Notes: generated by a model from the sequence alone, not told the origin. 64,000 nucleotides of DNA from an uncultured Pseudomonadota bacterium (GCA_949295995.1 CASFNK010000015.1:6473-70472); one strand, 5' to 3'; positions 40,613-51,249 are shown, counted from the first letter of the stretch. Numbers and translations: made by a program.

Positions 40613-41173
40613 CTAAAAAGCCTCAAAAATTTCTTTCTCCAGTACGCGTTGCGCCACGTCATAATCAAATCCGGCACGTACAAGAGTAGCCAAATCTTTT
40701 TGCCGATATTCTCTTCGTTCATCATCATTTTTTCGAAACGGACCGATTTTTTTCTTTTTTGCCAAATTCAGAGCCAATTCTTCGGGATTATATTCTTGTT
40801 CTTGCAATAAGTTTTCGATTAAAGGTTCTTCTATTCCTTTTTGCAACAATTTTAGCTTAATATATCGTGCAGATTTTCCTGCAGCCAAGTAATCTTTAAT
40901 TTTCATTTCAGCAAAACGTGCATCGGAGATATAGCCGTATCTTTCACAATCACTCAAAATTTCTTCAATCCAAGCAAGAGCCTCCGACTTATCAAAATCA
41001 GGATTAGAGTAAGCATAGTCATTAACACGCCGCATCAAAACTTGTCTCAGATTGTCAACGGAAGATTCAAAACGTTCCAAATAATACAAGGCAATATTTT
41101 TGAGCCTTTGCTTGGTAATTTTTTTAGGAGTTCTGGTCTTTATTTTTTTGATTTCATCTTCCAACACTTGCAA
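40613..41173 (-). CDS. recX: Regulatory protein RecX
   Basis: 186 aa with triple helical-repeat pattern (ALxYL..R..S..ELR.KL-like). Confidence 0.7.
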   Translation of the reverse strand: MQVLEDEIKKIKTRTPKKITKQRLKNIALYYLERFESSVDNLRQVLMRRVNDYAYSNPDFDKSEALAWIEEILSDCERYGYISDARFAEMKIKDYLAAGKSARYIKLKLLQKGIEEPLIENLLQEQEYNPEELALNLAKKKKIGPFRKNDDERREYRQKDLATLVRAGFDYDVAQRVLEKEIFEAF

Positions 41174-41234
41174 AATCCTCTAAAATATACTACATCTAAG
41201 CTAAGTTAAACTAAGTATATAAAGGAAAAAAACG

Positions 41235-42158
41235 GTGGTTAACAATAATTTTGATAAGTGCACATCTTTTCACATTGACAACGGAGCATTTATGGGACGC
41301 TTAGTCCGCTTGGATGAAGTCATCAACACCATACTCTCCAAACACCAATACCCATTGCAGGTTTCAGGAGTTGTTGCCGAAAGTACGGCTCTGGGCGCAC
41401 TTTTATCCAGCACCCTTAAATATGACGGACTATTCACCCTCCAAACCCAAACCAACGGACCGGTCAGCATGGTTGTTGTTGACGTCTCCTCTCAAGGGCT
41501 TATCAGAGCTTGTGCCAACTTCAATCAAGAAGCGTTAAACAAAGCTCTTGCGTTAAGAAAAGCTGACGAAACAGAGTTATTGGAAGCCCCACACTACATG
41601 GGAGGCGGACACTTAGCTTTCACGGTTGACCAAGGCTCAAAAACCGATTTATACCAAGGCATCGTTGACCTCCAAGGCAAAACCTTGAGTGAATGCGCTC
41701 TCCGTTATTTCAAACAATCTGAGCAAATTGAAACCTATCTGCAATTGTTTTTACAAGCCCCAAACGAAACCGAGAAAAAATGGAAAGCCGCCGGAATTTT
41801 ACTGCAAAAATTACCTGACAACGGCGGTAAAATCTCTTCTGATACCGAAACTTTGGATGAAAACTGGAAAGAAGCGACAATTTTGGCTCAAAGCCTAAAA
41901 CCAGAAGAAGTCTTTGATGATACCTTATCCGATAAAGAGATATTGCATCGCCTTTTCCACGCCAACGACCTCCGCTTAAGTAATATAAAAGAATATCATT
42001 TTGGGTGTCGTTGCAGCCGGGAGAAGCTGTTTAATACCTTACACGCCATGAGCGCCAAAGATATTGAAGACATGTGCGAAAACAACAAAATCACGGCAAC
42101 TTGCCACTTCTGCTGCACAGTTTACAGTTTTGATAAAGGAGAACTAATTTCTCACTAA
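41235..42158 (+). CDS. hslO: Redox-regulated chaperone Hsp33
   Basis: C-terminal zinc centre CRCS...CHFC. N-terminal FMGRLVRL. GTG start at 41235; an alternative ATG is at 41292. Confidence 0.85.
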   Translation: MVNNNFDKCTSFHIDNGAFMGRLVRLDEVINTILSKHQYPLQVSGVVAESTALGALLSSTLKYDGLFTLQTQTNGPVSMVVVDVSSQGLIRACANFNQEALNKALALRKADETELLEAPHYMGGGHLAFTVDQGSKTDLYQGIVDLQGKTLSECALRYFKQSEQIETYLQLFLQAPNETEKKWKAAGILLQKLPDNGGKISSDTETLDENWKEATILAQSLKPEEVFDDTLSDKEILHRLFHANDLRLSNIKEYHFGCRCSREKLFNTLHAMSAKDIEDMCENNKITATCHFCCTVYSFDKGELISH

Positions 42159-42232
42159 AAAATATAAAAAAACACTAGTGAAATATCTAAAAATAAGATA
42201 GAATAAAAGAAGTGATAAAATTTTCTTTCTCC

Positions 42233-42258
42233 GAGGCAGGGACTCCCTGCCTTTTTTC
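42233..42258 (+). terminator. Terminator downstream of hslO
   Basis: AGGCAGG-GACTC-CCTGCCT followed by T6. Confidence 0.55.
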
Positions 42259-42325
42259 TATACATTAAGTATATATTAAACTTCCGCTTGTATATTAGAT
42301 AAAAATAACTTTAGGAAACCATAAA

Positions 42326-42937
42326 ATGAAAAAGTTAAATAAAATTTTCTTAGTCTTATGCGTTATTGGATTAAGTGCCGGCTGCGCATTATTTGGCACC
42401 CCGGAAGAACCCAACCGCTATAGCGATGTACGCTTTGAAAATCAAAGCCCGATAAAATTAAAAGTTAACAAAGTAGAGGTAATATCGGAATTCACACCGA
42501 CATTCCGTCGCCCGAATGTAGAACACCTCTTTCCGATTTCTATTGAAAAATCCGCTCGTAATTGGGCTCATGACCGTTTAGAGGCTGTCGATTTTTCATC
42601 AGACAAAGTTGCACAATTTATCATTAAAGATGCCAGCGTTACCGAAGAGCTTGAAACCACGGATAAAGTTTTTGAAAGCGACCGCATGGTTTATCGCGCT
42701 AACTTAAATGTTGTCATTCGCATCAGCGACCCGCAAAAACTTTCCAACGCCGAAACCGAAATCCAAGCATGGAGAGAATTAAAGATTCCTGCCGATTATG
42801 ACATTTCGGAAAAAGAAAAATATTGGAACAACATGGTAAGAAAACTGTTTGACGAATTCAATGTTCGTATGGAAAAAAATGTTCATCAATACTTAAATAT
42901 GTATGTTGAAAACAGTAACTACATTCAAGAATACTAA
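42326..42937 (+). CDS. Hypothetical lipoprotein (203 aa)
   Basis: Lipobox LSAGC. AGGAAA RBS. Shares a bidirectional terminator with apaG. Confidence 0.6.
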   Translation: MKKLNKIFLVLCVIGLSAGCALFGTPEEPNRYSDVRFENQSPIKLKVNKVEVISEFTPTFRRPNVEHLFPISIEKSARNWAHDRLEAVDFSSDKVAQFIIKDASVTEELETTDKVFESDRMVYRANLNVVIRISDPQKLSNAETEIQAWRELKIPADYDISEKEKYWNNMVRKLFDEFNVRMEKNVHQYLNMYVENSNYIQEY

Positions 42938-42939
42938 AG

Positions 42940-42970
42940 AAAAACTCCGGATAATCTCCGGAGTTTTTTT
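42940..42970. terminator. Bidirectional terminator between the lipoprotein gene and apaG
   Basis: AAACTCCGGA-TAATC-TCCGGAGTTT followed by T7; A-run on the other side. Confidence 0.7.
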
Positions 42971-43379
42971 AATTTAAGTGAGCTAAAACAGGCTCATTAA
43001 CTGACATCATAAAAGTCGGAATTTTAATATCTTGCGATTCCTTTTGCCCTTCTTTTTGAATTTTGCAACTTCCGTAAAATACGGCATTAGGAGAGCTCAA
43101 CGGAGCCATACTCGTAAACTCAAAAAATTCACCGGGTTCAAGCATTGGAATTTCACCCTTAAACCCCATAGAATCATCACAAAAGCGATTTCCTTTATCA
43201 TCGGTAATATTCCAATTTTTGCCAAGCAACTGTACTCTTTGTGAAGAATTATTTTCAATACAGAAATAATACCCCCACAAAAACTCTTGTTTTTTTGCGT
43301 TTTCTTCCACCAAAGTCGGACAAGCTCTGATAACAATATCCTCGGTAGAAGTAACCACCGGCTCAACTTCACTAAACAT
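42969..43379 (-). CDS. apaG: ApaG (DUF525) protein
   Basis: ~125-aa ApaG fold pattern (GYYFCIEN...PGEFFEFTS). Confidence 0.75.
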   Translation of the reverse strand: MFSEVEPVVTSTEDIVIRACPTLVEENAKKQEFLWGYYFCIENNSSQRVQLLGKNWNITDDKGNRFCDDSMGFKGEIPMLEPGEFFEFTSMAPLSSPNAVFYGSCKIQKEGQKESQDIKIPTFMMSVNEPVLAHLN

Positions 43380-43543
43380 GGACTTAGCTCCCGTTTATAA
43401 TTAATTAATAATTTATTAATAAATTTCTCTTAGCTGATTCGCAATTTGAGTCTTTACTTGTTCACAGTATTATCCCCACATATCTTTAAAAGCCAAAAAA
43501 GGCTTGCAAAGCCCAAAATTTTTCATCTTTGGAGTCGCTGGAA

Positions 43544-43578
43544 ACAAAAAGGTCGGGAATTCAAATCCCGACCTTTTA
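43544..43578 (-). terminator. Terminator after the CarD-family gene
   Basis: 8-bp stem GGTCGGGA/TCCCGACC with a 7-nt loop; A5 on the plus side gives a U-run on the minus strand. Confidence 0.65.
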
Positions 43579-43595
43579 TCTCAAGTCATACAAAA

Positions 43596-44102
43596 TTATT
43601 TAGCTAAGATAGAAAGCAATTTCTTTGTAGCTTCTTCAGTGCTTGTATTATCACATACGGCAACTTCACTAGCCAAGCGGTCTAAGGCTTGCTCATAAAT
43701 TTGCCTTTCGCTATAAGATTGTTCAGCTAAATTTTCACTACGATACAAATCACGAACGACTTCAGCGACAGCAACCGGGTTTCCGGAATTAATTTTATTT
43801 TCATATTCCTGAGCCCTGCGAGACCACATAACTTTCTTAACTTTAGCTTTTCCCTTTAAGACATTCAAAGCATCACTCATGGTAGAAGCCTCAGAGATTT
43901 TACGTAATCCGACTGATTCGACCTTAGCCATCGGAATACGCAAAGTCATTTTATCTTTAGCAAAATTAACCACAATTAATTCCAGCTCTGAACCGGCGAT
44001 TTTTTGTTTTGAGATATCGGATACTTTACCAACCCCATGAGCCGGGTAAACAACAAAATCACCAGAGTTAAAAGCAATAGCAGATGAAGTTTTTTTAATC
44101 AT
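43596..44102 (-). CDS. CarD/CdnL-family RNA polymerase-binding transcription factor
   Basis: N-terminal RNAP-interacting domain FNSGDFVVYPAHGVGKV; 168 aa. Confidence 0.8.
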   Translation of the reverse strand: MIKKTSSAIAFNSGDFVVYPAHGVGKVSDISKQKIAGSELELIVVNFAKDKMTLRIPMAKVESVGLRKISEASTMSDALNVLKGKAKVKKVMWSRRAQEYENKINSGNPVAVAEVVRDLYRSENLAEQSYSERQIYEQALDRLASEVAVCDNTSTEEATKKLLSILAK

Positions 44103-44272
44103 TTATCTGTCCTATCAAAATATCTGAAATTAATGGAAGAGAACAATATTGTCCTAATTACGAACAGGACTATACCACATTTTTGAGCTTAAATCTAGTC
44201 CAAAAATAAAAAATTTTGTCAAAAAAAACAAAACAGCCGCAAAGCATAAGCAAAGGGCTGTTTTTTAATAGT

Positions 44273-45058
44273 TCACACCGCAACGGGAGCTTTGATTGAC
44301 GGCCAAGGATTATAGTTTTCCAAACAAAAATCCTCATACCTAAAATCCTCCAAATTTTTTACATCTGGATTAAGCCTCATCTGCGGAAGCTCTCTTGGCT
44401 CTCGCGCAAGCTGCTCTTTGACTTGATTAAAGTGGTTCAAGTAGATATGCGTATCACCAAAGGTATGAATAAATTCATAAGCCTGCAACCCGCACACTTG
44501 AGCCAACATCATCGTCAATAAAGCATAAGAAGCGATATTAAAAGGCACGCCTAAGAAGCAATCACAACTTCTCTGATAAAGCATCAAAGACAAACGCCCA
44601 TCTGCCACATAGCATTGAAACATCATATGACAAGGCGGCAAGTGCATTTCTGCCAACTGCGAAGGATTCCAAGCCGAAACAATCATACGCCTGTCATTTG
44701 GATTAGTTTTGAGTCGTTTCACCAAATCGGCGATTTGGTCGATTCCATCACCGTTCCAATTTCGCCATTGCGCACCATACACCGGTCCGAGATCTCCATT
44801 TTCATCAGCCCACTCATCCCAAATTGTTACCTTGTTGTCGTGGAGATATTTGATATTTGTATCTCCTTTGAGAAACCATAACAACTCATGAATAATCGCT
44901 CTGGTATAGAGCTTTTTGGTGGTCAACAAAGGAAAACCTTTGGTCAAATCAAACCGCAACTGCCTTCCGAAAACACTTCGAGTCCCAACACCCGTACGAT
45001 CCATTTTATCAATACCATGCTCCATGATATCTGATAACAAATCCAAATACTGCTTCAT
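44273..45058 (-). CDS. thyA: Thymidylate synthase ThyA
   Basis: MKQYLDLL...DRTGVGT...catalytic Cys region PPCH, 264 aa. ATG at 45058 is preferred over the upstream extension. Confidence 0.92.
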   Translation of the reverse strand: MKQYLDLLSDIMEHGIDKMDRTGVGTRSVFGRQLRFDLTKGFPLLTTKKLYTRAIIHELLWFLKGDTNIKYLHDNKVTIWDEWADENGDLGPVYGAQWRNWNGDGIDQIADLVKRLKTNPNDRRMIVSAWNPSQLAEMHLPPCHMMFQCYVADGRLSLMLYQRSCDCFLGVPFNIASYALLTMMLAQVCGLQAYEFIHTFGDTHIYLNHFNQVKEQLAREPRELPQMRLNPDVKNLEDFRYEDFCLENYNPWPSIKAPVAV

Positions 45059-45192
45059 AAAAATTGAAATTAAAATGATAAAAACAAAATAACAAATTTT
45101 GCTTTTACCTAACACAAAAAATCAGAGAAATCAATAAGAAGGTTTTCTTTAGCCTTGTACTTAGCGTATTTCTTTGACACGCGAAATCTGCC

Positions 45193-45669
45193 TTATTTTG
45201 CCACAGAAGGAAATCCGCCCGTTTGGCGCAAACACTCCCCCACCACCATCACCGCCGATACGGCAACGTTAATTGAGCGCGCATTCTCATTCATCGGAAT
45301 AAGAAGACGAGTATCTGCCGTATGGTGTACTTCTTCGGGAACACCGGCCGATTCGCGCCCCATTAAGATGATGTCATTGGATTGAAATTTGAAATTATAG
45401 TATGGCTCTGTTGCATGTGTGGTCAAAAGTACGATTCGCCCATATTCATCCGGATGTTCGGCACGATATTGCAAAAAATGTTCCCAAGATTTATGTCGTC
45501 TGTATTTCACCAAATGCAAATAATCCATACCGGCACGCTTCAACGTTTTTTCTGAAAAAATATAACCGCAAGGCTCAATAATATCAAGTTCCACATCTAA
45601 ACAAGCGCCCAAGCGCAAGAGTGTACCAGTATTTTGCGGAATATCAGGTTGAAACAGGGCCAAACGCAT
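45193..45669 (-). CDS. trmL: tRNA (cytidine/uridine-2'-O)-methyltransferase TrmL (SpoU family)
   Basis: 158 aa; SPOUT motifs (NTGTLLR, MGRESAGVPEEV). Confidence 0.85.
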   Translation of the reverse strand: MRLALFQPDIPQNTGTLLRLGACLDVELDIIEPCGYIFSEKTLKRAGMDYLHLVKYRRHKSWEHFLQYRAEHPDEYGRIVLLTTHATEPYYNFKFQSNDIILMGRESAGVPEEVHHTADTRLLIPMNENARSINVAVSAVMVVGECLRQTGGFPSVAK

Positions 45670-45730
45670 AATCTTATCCTCTCATCAAAGTTTTTATGAG
45701 TTGTAGCGCAAAAGCGCTTCTCTCGCAAGC

Positions 45731-45774
45731 AAAAAACAAAAAAACGGAGCTTGTCCTCAAAACAAACTCCGTTC
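45731..45774 (-). terminator. Terminator after the 171-aa hypothetical gene
   Basis: AACGGAG...CTCCGTT stem with a long plus-strand A-run (minus-strand U-run). Confidence 0.5.
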
Positions 45775-45790
45775 TTCTCTAAGTTTTAGA

Positions 45791-46306
45791 TTAGAACCGA
45801 CCTCTACGATAATAAAGGTCAATTATTTCTCTAATGTTCTTTGCTTTTTCCAGTAAAGATACCGGCGGATAATAAGCCCGCTTTTCACCTTTTAATCCCA
45901 AAGACAAAGCCTGATAGACTTTGTTGGTTTTGATAAAATACCGACACTGCTGAGAGAGATACTCATTTGTACCATGAGTAGCCTCATCAGGTCTTAACTC
46001 CGAATACAAGTCATCATCTAACCCGTATTCTTTTCCCGTTACTTTCCTAACAATCGCCAAGCCTTTTTGGAAAAAGGTTTCCTTTTTTTCTTCCTGCTGC
46101 TCAACATAAGCAGCAAAATCTGAAACCTTTACCAAGCCAAGGCTGGTAGATATTCTCAAATCCGGCAACACCTGCCGAAGCATTTGTTTCAGAGATTCAC
46201 GCTTTCGGGCATAAACCTCTAAGTTCATAATTTCAGCACTATTACCTTCAATTCCCGTTAATTTTTCGAACTGGCTCGCAACCAGTTCTTCAGTCTGTTT
46301 ACACAT
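45791..46306 (-). CDS. Hypothetical protein (171 aa)
   Basis: ORF followed by a hairpin terminator. Confidence 0.5.
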   Translation of the reverse strand: MCKQTEELVASQFEKLTGIEGNSAEIMNLEVYARKRESLKQMLRQVLPDLRISTSLGLVKVSDFAAYVEQQEEKKETFFQKGLAIVRKVTGKEYGLDDDLYSELRPDEATHGTNEYLSQQCRYFIKTNKVYQALSLGLKGEKRAYYPPVSLLEKAKNIREIIDLYYRRGRF

Positions 46307-46405
46307 AATTTATAAATTTTAATTAAAATAATAAAATGTTTACGCGGTATATAGCACAAAATACCGACGCTGTCAACTTTTTGTCTAAAAGTATTTTTTT
46401 GCGAA

Positions 46406-47515
46406 TTAAACGTTAAACAAGAAATTCATCATATCGCCGTCTTTAACGACATAATCTTTGCCTTCGGAACGCATTTTTCCGGCATCTTTGCAGGCTTGTT
46501 CACTGCCATATTTCACAAAATCATCATAAGAGATTGTCTCAGCTCGAATAAAGCCTCTCTCAAAGTCTGAGTGAATAATTCCGGCACAAACCGGTGCTTT
46601 TGAACCTTTCAAAAACGTCCAAGCACGTACTTCTTTCGGTCCGGCAGTAAAATAGGTTTCGAGTCCCAAAAGTTTATATCCGGCACGAATAATCTTTGCC
46701 AAACCGGTTTCTTCCAAACCAAGCGATTGCAAAAATTCTTTTTTCTCATCTTCGGATTCGAGTTGAGCCACTTCCGATTCGATTTCAGCTGAAATAATAA
46801 CCGCACTTGCCCCTTCTGCCTCTGCCTTGGTCATCACCATATCAGAGAACTTATTACCACCCGCCGCCGATTCCTCATCTACATTGCAAACATAGAGTAC
46901 CGGCTTAGCCGTTAAAAGCTGCAACATCTTATATTCTTTGCAGGCATCTTTATTTGTGGGCTCAGGAGCTGCCGTCCGAGCCGGTTTTCCAGCCTTCAAA
47001 GCCTCAATCACCGGACGCATAACCGATTCTCTTAAAACGGATTCTTTTTCACCGCTTTTAGCTTTTTTCTGCACTTGGTCATAGCGTTTTTCCAAAGATT
47101 CCAAATCGGCAATCATCAATTCCGTTTCCACGATTTCCGCATCGCGAATAGGGTCTACAGAGCCTTCAACATGGGTAATATTATCGTTTTCAAAACATCT
47201 CAACACATGGATAATTGCATCAACTTCACGAATATTAGCCAAGAACTGATTGCCTAATCCCTCGCCCTTGGAAGCACCTTTAACCAAACCGGCAATATCC
47301 ACAAATTCCAATTGCGTCGGGGTAACCATTCTGGGTTTAACGATTTCAGCCAATTTATCCAATCTCGGATCAGGCACGGCCACACGACCGGTATTTGGCT
47401 CAATCGTGCAAAAAGGAAAATTGGCAGCCTGAGCCGCAATAGTCTGCGTCAAAGCATTAAACAAGGTAGATTTACCGACATTAGGCAAGCCGACAATTCC
47501 GCAATTAAAACCCAT
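46406..47515 (-). CDS. ychF: Ribosome-binding ATPase YchF
   Basis: [19 protein letters not shown]-loop; TGS domain at the C-terminus. Confidence 0.93.
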   Translation of the reverse strand: MGFNCGIVGLPNVGKSTLFNALTQTIAAQAANFPFCTIEPNTGRVAVPDPRLDKLAEIVKPRMVTPTQLEFVDIAGLVKGASKGEGLGNQFLANIREVDAIIHVLRCFENDNITHVEGSVDPIRDAEIVETELMIADLESLEKRYDQVQKKAKSGEKESVLRESVMRPVIEALKAGKPARTAAPEPTNKDACKEYKMLQLLTAKPVLYVCNVDEESAAGGNKFSDMVMTKAEAEGASAVIISAEIESEVAQLESEDEKKEFLQSLGLEETGLAKIIRAGYKLLGLETYFTAGPKEVRAWTFLKGSKAPVCAGIIHSDFERGFIRAETISYDDFVKYGSEQACKDAGKMRSEGKDYVVKDGDMMNFLFNV

Positions 47516-47556
47516 AACAAAAAACTCCTTAAATTTTTAGTTCAAACTTAAGGAGT
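47516..47556 (-). terminator. Terminator after the GT2 gene, overlapping the ychF ribosome-binding site
   Basis: 9-bp stem ACTCCTTAA/TTAAGGAGT followed by a U6 run on the minus strand. The hairpin 5' arm on the minus strand (AAGGAGT) lies 9 nt from the ychF ATG at 47515. Confidence 0.6.
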
Positions 47557-47592
47557 CTTATATCTGATAGAGGACGATATTTCAAGCCAATT

Positions 47593-48663
47593 CTATAACT
47601 TCCAACCCAAGATAACCGTTTTTTCGCCTTTTGCCAAATGGAGTAAAGTCAAACCAAACAAGGCTATATGCGTTTTCTTTCCGACTTGACAGCGAAACCA
47701 CGATTGCCTTAAATTCTGCAAACTTTGTTTAATCTTATAGCAGGTAGCACAACGGCAATAGCTCAAAAAATCATCACTTTCCAAAAGTTTTCCCACCAAC
47801 TCATGATGATTGACCATCTCTTTAGAAACCCCTAAATGACACAACAAATCTTTCACTTGCTGATAATAGAGCTTATGGTTTGCGTTTTGCGCAAAACCGG
47901 CACTTAAAATCCGCACCGGCAAATCAATTTTTCCCAAGAAACCATTTTCCTGATAATATTCAAAAATTTTTTGAAAAATCAGCAAATTATCTTTTCCGCT
48001 TTTGAGTTTTTGGCGAGCAACGACCGAATTTTCATGCTGGCGATAAAACACGGTTCCGCCATCACTAACGGCAATTTTTCGTAAATGCGGTAATAAAGCA
48101 TAGTGAAAGAACTCATCTTCATACAAACAACCCTCAGGAAAAGAAAGCTCCAAATCTCGGATTGGTTTTATCTTAAAAAGCTTTCCCCAAGCCACAACCC
48201 ACATCTGATTAACAATTTCGTTTGTAATCTGAAAAGTTCCCTCCGAATGCCCCGAAATCATGCGGTCTTTTGCGGTTTTTTTCTTTCCCTCACAAATCAC
48301 GATATCATGCACGCAAACCACATCGGCATTAGTCCTTGTTTGTGTTTTCACCAGTTCTTCAATGCATATCTTATCAATTTTATCATCGGCATCCAAAAAG
48401 AACACCAAATCCCCTTTGGCCTTTTTTAAGCCTAAATTTTTGGCTGTGGCTTTTCCGCCTTCTTTTAAGGTAAAGACCTGAATATTTTTATATTTATGAG
48501 CATAATCGGATAAAATATCGGCACATTTTTCCGAAGCACCGAAATTCACACAAAGAACTTCTAAATTTTCGTAAGTTTGTTTAACAATCGATTCCAAACA
48601 ATTCTCTAAGAATTGTTCATCCTTATAAACCGGCACAATTACCGACACCAAAGAAGAAGCCAT
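47593..48663 (-). CDS. Family 2 glycosyltransferase
   Basis: VSVIVPVYKDEQFLENCLESI...DADD GT-A motifs. Confidence 0.75.
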   Translation of the reverse strand: MASSLVSVIVPVYKDEQFLENCLESIVKQTYENLEVLCVNFGASEKCADILSDYAHKYKNIQVFTLKEGGKATAKNLGLKKAKGDLVFFLDADDKIDKICIEELVKTQTRTNADVVCVHDIVICEGKKKTAKDRMISGHSEGTFQITNEIVNQMWVVAWGKLFKIKPIRDLELSFPEGCLYEDEFFHYALLPHLRKIAVSDGGTVFYRQHENSVVARQKLKSGKDNLLIFQKIFEYYQENGFLGKIDLPVRILSAGFAQNANHKLYYQQVKDLLCHLGVSKEMVNHHELVGKLLESDDFLSYCRCATCYKIKQSLQNLRQSWFRCQVGKKTHIALFGLTLLHLAKGEKTVILGWKL

Positions 48664-48704
48664 AGCACTCTCCTGTTTTTACCAAAACTCTAAATATTCA
48701 ATAC

Positions 48705-49724
48705 CTATTTTCTCTTTCTTTCCACTTGAAAACGCATACCCAAAAAATGAATAATCTTATATTTTTTGCAATAAGAATTGCGAATACTAAACAGACGCTC
48801 CGCAAGAGTTAAATCTTTAATATGAACTAATTTATTAATAACTTCCGCACCATATTTTTTCCGCAAATCATTCAAAAATTTCTTCCGCAAAGACATATAT
48901 TGCTTATTATTCTGCAAAGAAAACTTATTAATATATCCCTCAATTCCGCTGATAAATTTATTCATTACCAACTGTTTTGTTTCCAGAGATTGCTTTTGAA
49001 AAATATCCATTTTTTCCAAAGAATAAAAAGCCTCTATATCGCTGGCAATGCAATCGAGCTTAGCAGTTGCCGACCCTTGACGGTTGATTCGATAAACATA
49101 GAAATATTCATCCACATAAGAACAATGCGGTTTATTAAAATAGCACAACAAATTAAAAATAACATCTTCCGCCGTCTTAATTCCGACAGGAAATTCGATA
49201 TGATGTTTTTTAATAAAATCAGCACGATAAATCTTATTCCACACAACGGACAAGAAAGCATAAATCGAAGGATTTTTAGGATCTTTTTCCAAAGATTCTT
49301 GAATTTCATTTTTGAAAGTATCATTATCCCAAACAAATTTTTTATCTCCGTCGAGTAAATAACTTTCAAAAATCAAAATATCGGAATTATTTTTTTCAAT
49401 ATGAGCCAGAGCGTCTTGCAAAAAATTCGGTTCAACACAATCATCGCCGTCCAAAAAAGCAATATACTCGCCTTGAGCTTTTTTCAATCCCTGATTTCTG
49501 GCAACGGACACACCTTCATTTTTCTTATCAATCACGACAACGCGGCTATCTTTTGCTTGGTATTTTTTCAAAATCTCCAAAGAACCGTCTTTTGACCCGT
49601 CATTAATAAAAATTGCCTCAAAGTTATCAAAACTTTGGGCAAGCAAACTATCCAAACATTGGGGAAGATATTGTTCAACATTATAAACGGGTATGATGAC
49701 AGAAATTTTAGGCTGTTGTTTCAT
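48705..49724 (-). CDS. Family 2 glycosyltransferase
   Basis: ISVIIPVYNVEQYLPQCLDSLLAQ...DGDD. ATG at 49724 has GGAGAA 4 nt upstream. Confidence 0.8.
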   Translation of the reverse strand: MKQQPKISVIIPVYNVEQYLPQCLDSLLAQSFDNFEAIFINDGSKDGSLEILKKYQAKDSRVVVIDKKNEGVSVARNQGLKKAQGEYIAFLDGDDCVEPNFLQDALAHIEKNNSDILIFESYLLDGDKKFVWDNDTFKNEIQESLEKDPKNPSIYAFLSVVWNKIYRADFIKKHHIEFPVGIKTAEDVIFNLLCYFNKPHCSYVDEYFYVYRINRQGSATAKLDCIASDIEAFYSLEKMDIFQKQSLETKQLVMNKFISGIEGYINKFSLQNNKQYMSLRKKFLNDLRKKYGAEVINKLVHIKDLTLAERLFSIRNSYCKKYKIIHFLGMRFQVERKRK

Positions 49725-49800
49725 TTTCTTCTCCACAAATAAGAGCAACATTTATGATAATAGGATTATAAGGATACGAAACAAAAGTCAACTAAAGAAC

Positions 49801-50379
49801 CTATTTTCTGAGTAAATTTCCGATTTTATTGGAAAAAGCGGCAATACCGTCTTTCAAAACAACACCGATATTTTGCGTAACCAAACGAATATTCTCATCA
49901 AGGATTGCTTTGTCAGCCTTAGAAAAACCGGTCAAAACATGATTAACCACCGCCTCGTGAGGCAAACTACTGTCGGGATGACCAATTCCTAACCGAACCC
50001 GATTATAATTTGGGCTAATTTGCGCATCAATACTTTTAAGCCCGTTATGTCCACCGGCACCACCACCGATTTTGGCTTTAATTTGATTGATTTTCAAATC
50101 CATATCATCATGAATGACAATCACGTTTTGTGGTAAGATTTTATAGAAATGTGCAGCCTTAACCACTGAATTGCCGGACAGATTCATATAAGTCTGCGGC
50201 TTAAGCAAATAAACTTTTTCGCCCTCAATCACACCTTCACTAATCAGCCCGTCAAACTTAGCCTTATATGGCCCGAAATGATATTCTTCATGAATTTCAT
50301 CAGCCACCATAAACCCGACATTATGACGAGTATTTTGATATTCAGCTCCGGGATTGCCCAAACCAACAATTAAAAACAT
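49801..50379 (-). CDS. pth: Peptidyl-tRNA hydrolase
   Basis: MFLIVGLGNPG...H..G; 192 aa. Confidence 0.9.
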   Translation of the reverse strand: MFLIVGLGNPGAEYQNTRHNVGFMVADEIHEEYHFGPYKAKFDGLISEGVIEGEKVYLLKPQTYMNLSGNSVVKAAHFYKILPQNVIVIHDDMDLKINQIKAKIGGGAGGHNGLKSIDAQISPNYNRVRLGIGHPDSSLPHEAVVNHVLTGFSKADKAILDENIRLVTQNIGVVLKDGIAAFSNKIGNLLRK

Positions 50380-50503
50380 CTTTGACCTTTTCTTTCATTT
50401 TCACAGAACATAATCGTTAAAGTTCCGGAGAAAGAATTTAATAATACAGATTTTAAAACAACAAAAATTGATAAAGGCCTGCAATAACAGGCCTTTTGCA
50501 ATT

Positions 50504-50794
50504 TTATTTTCTAAGAAAATCGACATGTAACGGCTTATCGCTAACCGGATGGAATTGAACATCCTGGCAAACGACTTTGTGTTTTTTGCCATCAACATTG
50601 ATTTCGATATCGGCATCATAGAAACCGACCATATCCAAAGCTTTTTCCAATTGAACCGGATCCAAGCTAATCAACAGGGCTTCTTTGTTACCACCGTAAA
50701 TAACCGCAGGAACGCGACCTTCACGACGACATGCACGAGCTGCCCCCTTACCTGCTTTTTCACGCAATTGAGCGTCAAAAGTAATATCTGCCAT
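50504..50794 (-). CDS. rplY: 50S ribosomal protein L25 (short form)
   Basis: 96 aa L25 N-domain (REGRVPAVIYG). Confidence 0.85.
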   Translation of the reverse strand: MADITFDAQLREKAGKGAARACRREGRVPAVIYGGNKEALLISLDPVQLEKALDMVGFYDADIEINVDGKKHKVVCQDVQFHPVSDKPLHVDFLRK

Positions 50795-50905
50795 CTTTAT
50801 TATTCCTTATAAAAAAATTAAACTCTCGCAGACCTCCAGGGGTGTCCGACGAGTAGAACTCTTTTACACCTTTATTTTCAATATTTCAAGAGCTTTTTAA
50901 ACGCC

Positions 50906-50933
50906 AAAGAGGAGATGTTTCCACCTCCTCTTT
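50906..50933 (-). terminator. Hairpin after P6 (weak terminator)
   Basis: 9-bp stem AAAGAGGAG/CTCCTCTTT; downstream sequence is only partly U-rich. Confidence 0.35.
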
Positions 50934-50945
50934 AATAAATTTTTC

Positions 50946-51245
50946 TTAAGCTCTTAACAAATAGAGCTCATTGTCGGCAGTTGGTTCTTCTTCAATTACG
51001 GCTGGAATGGTAACTCCTTTGGTTACCTGCCCTTCACTAAGATTTACAAAAACCCCATAGCAAAGAACCCCGTTTTTGTTAAAGACGGCATGCCAGCCAT
51101 CTTCTTCAGAGAAGAACTCCAACTTGGCTTCAACCTCTACAGGCTGTTTAGTAGTTTTTTTCTCTCGCGGTGCATGACCAACGTTTTTCCAATACACCAA
51201 TACAAATAAAAAAGCCAAGACAGCAATTAAAATAATTAGTTCCAT
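50946..51245 (-). CDS. Small membrane-anchored protein P6 (99 aa) of the tandem array
   Basis: N-terminal TM helix, basic stretch, then a small soluble domain. Starts 4 nt after the P5 stop. Confidence 0.55.
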   Translation of the reverse strand: MELIILIAVLAFLFVLVYWKNVGHAPREKKTTKQPVEVEAKLEFFSEEDGWHAVFNKNGVLCYGVFVNLSEGQVTKGVTIPAVIEEEPTADNELYLLRA

Positions 51246-51249
51246 AATA

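Noticed and set aside
43551-43573. tRNA-like T-arm (GGTCGGGA-ATTCAAA-TCCCGACC containing ttcaaatcc)
   Set aside because: No acceptor stem, D-arm or anticodon arm could be built in the flanks, and no CCA end. The element sits exactly where the CarD-family gene needs a terminator and is flanked by A/T runs.
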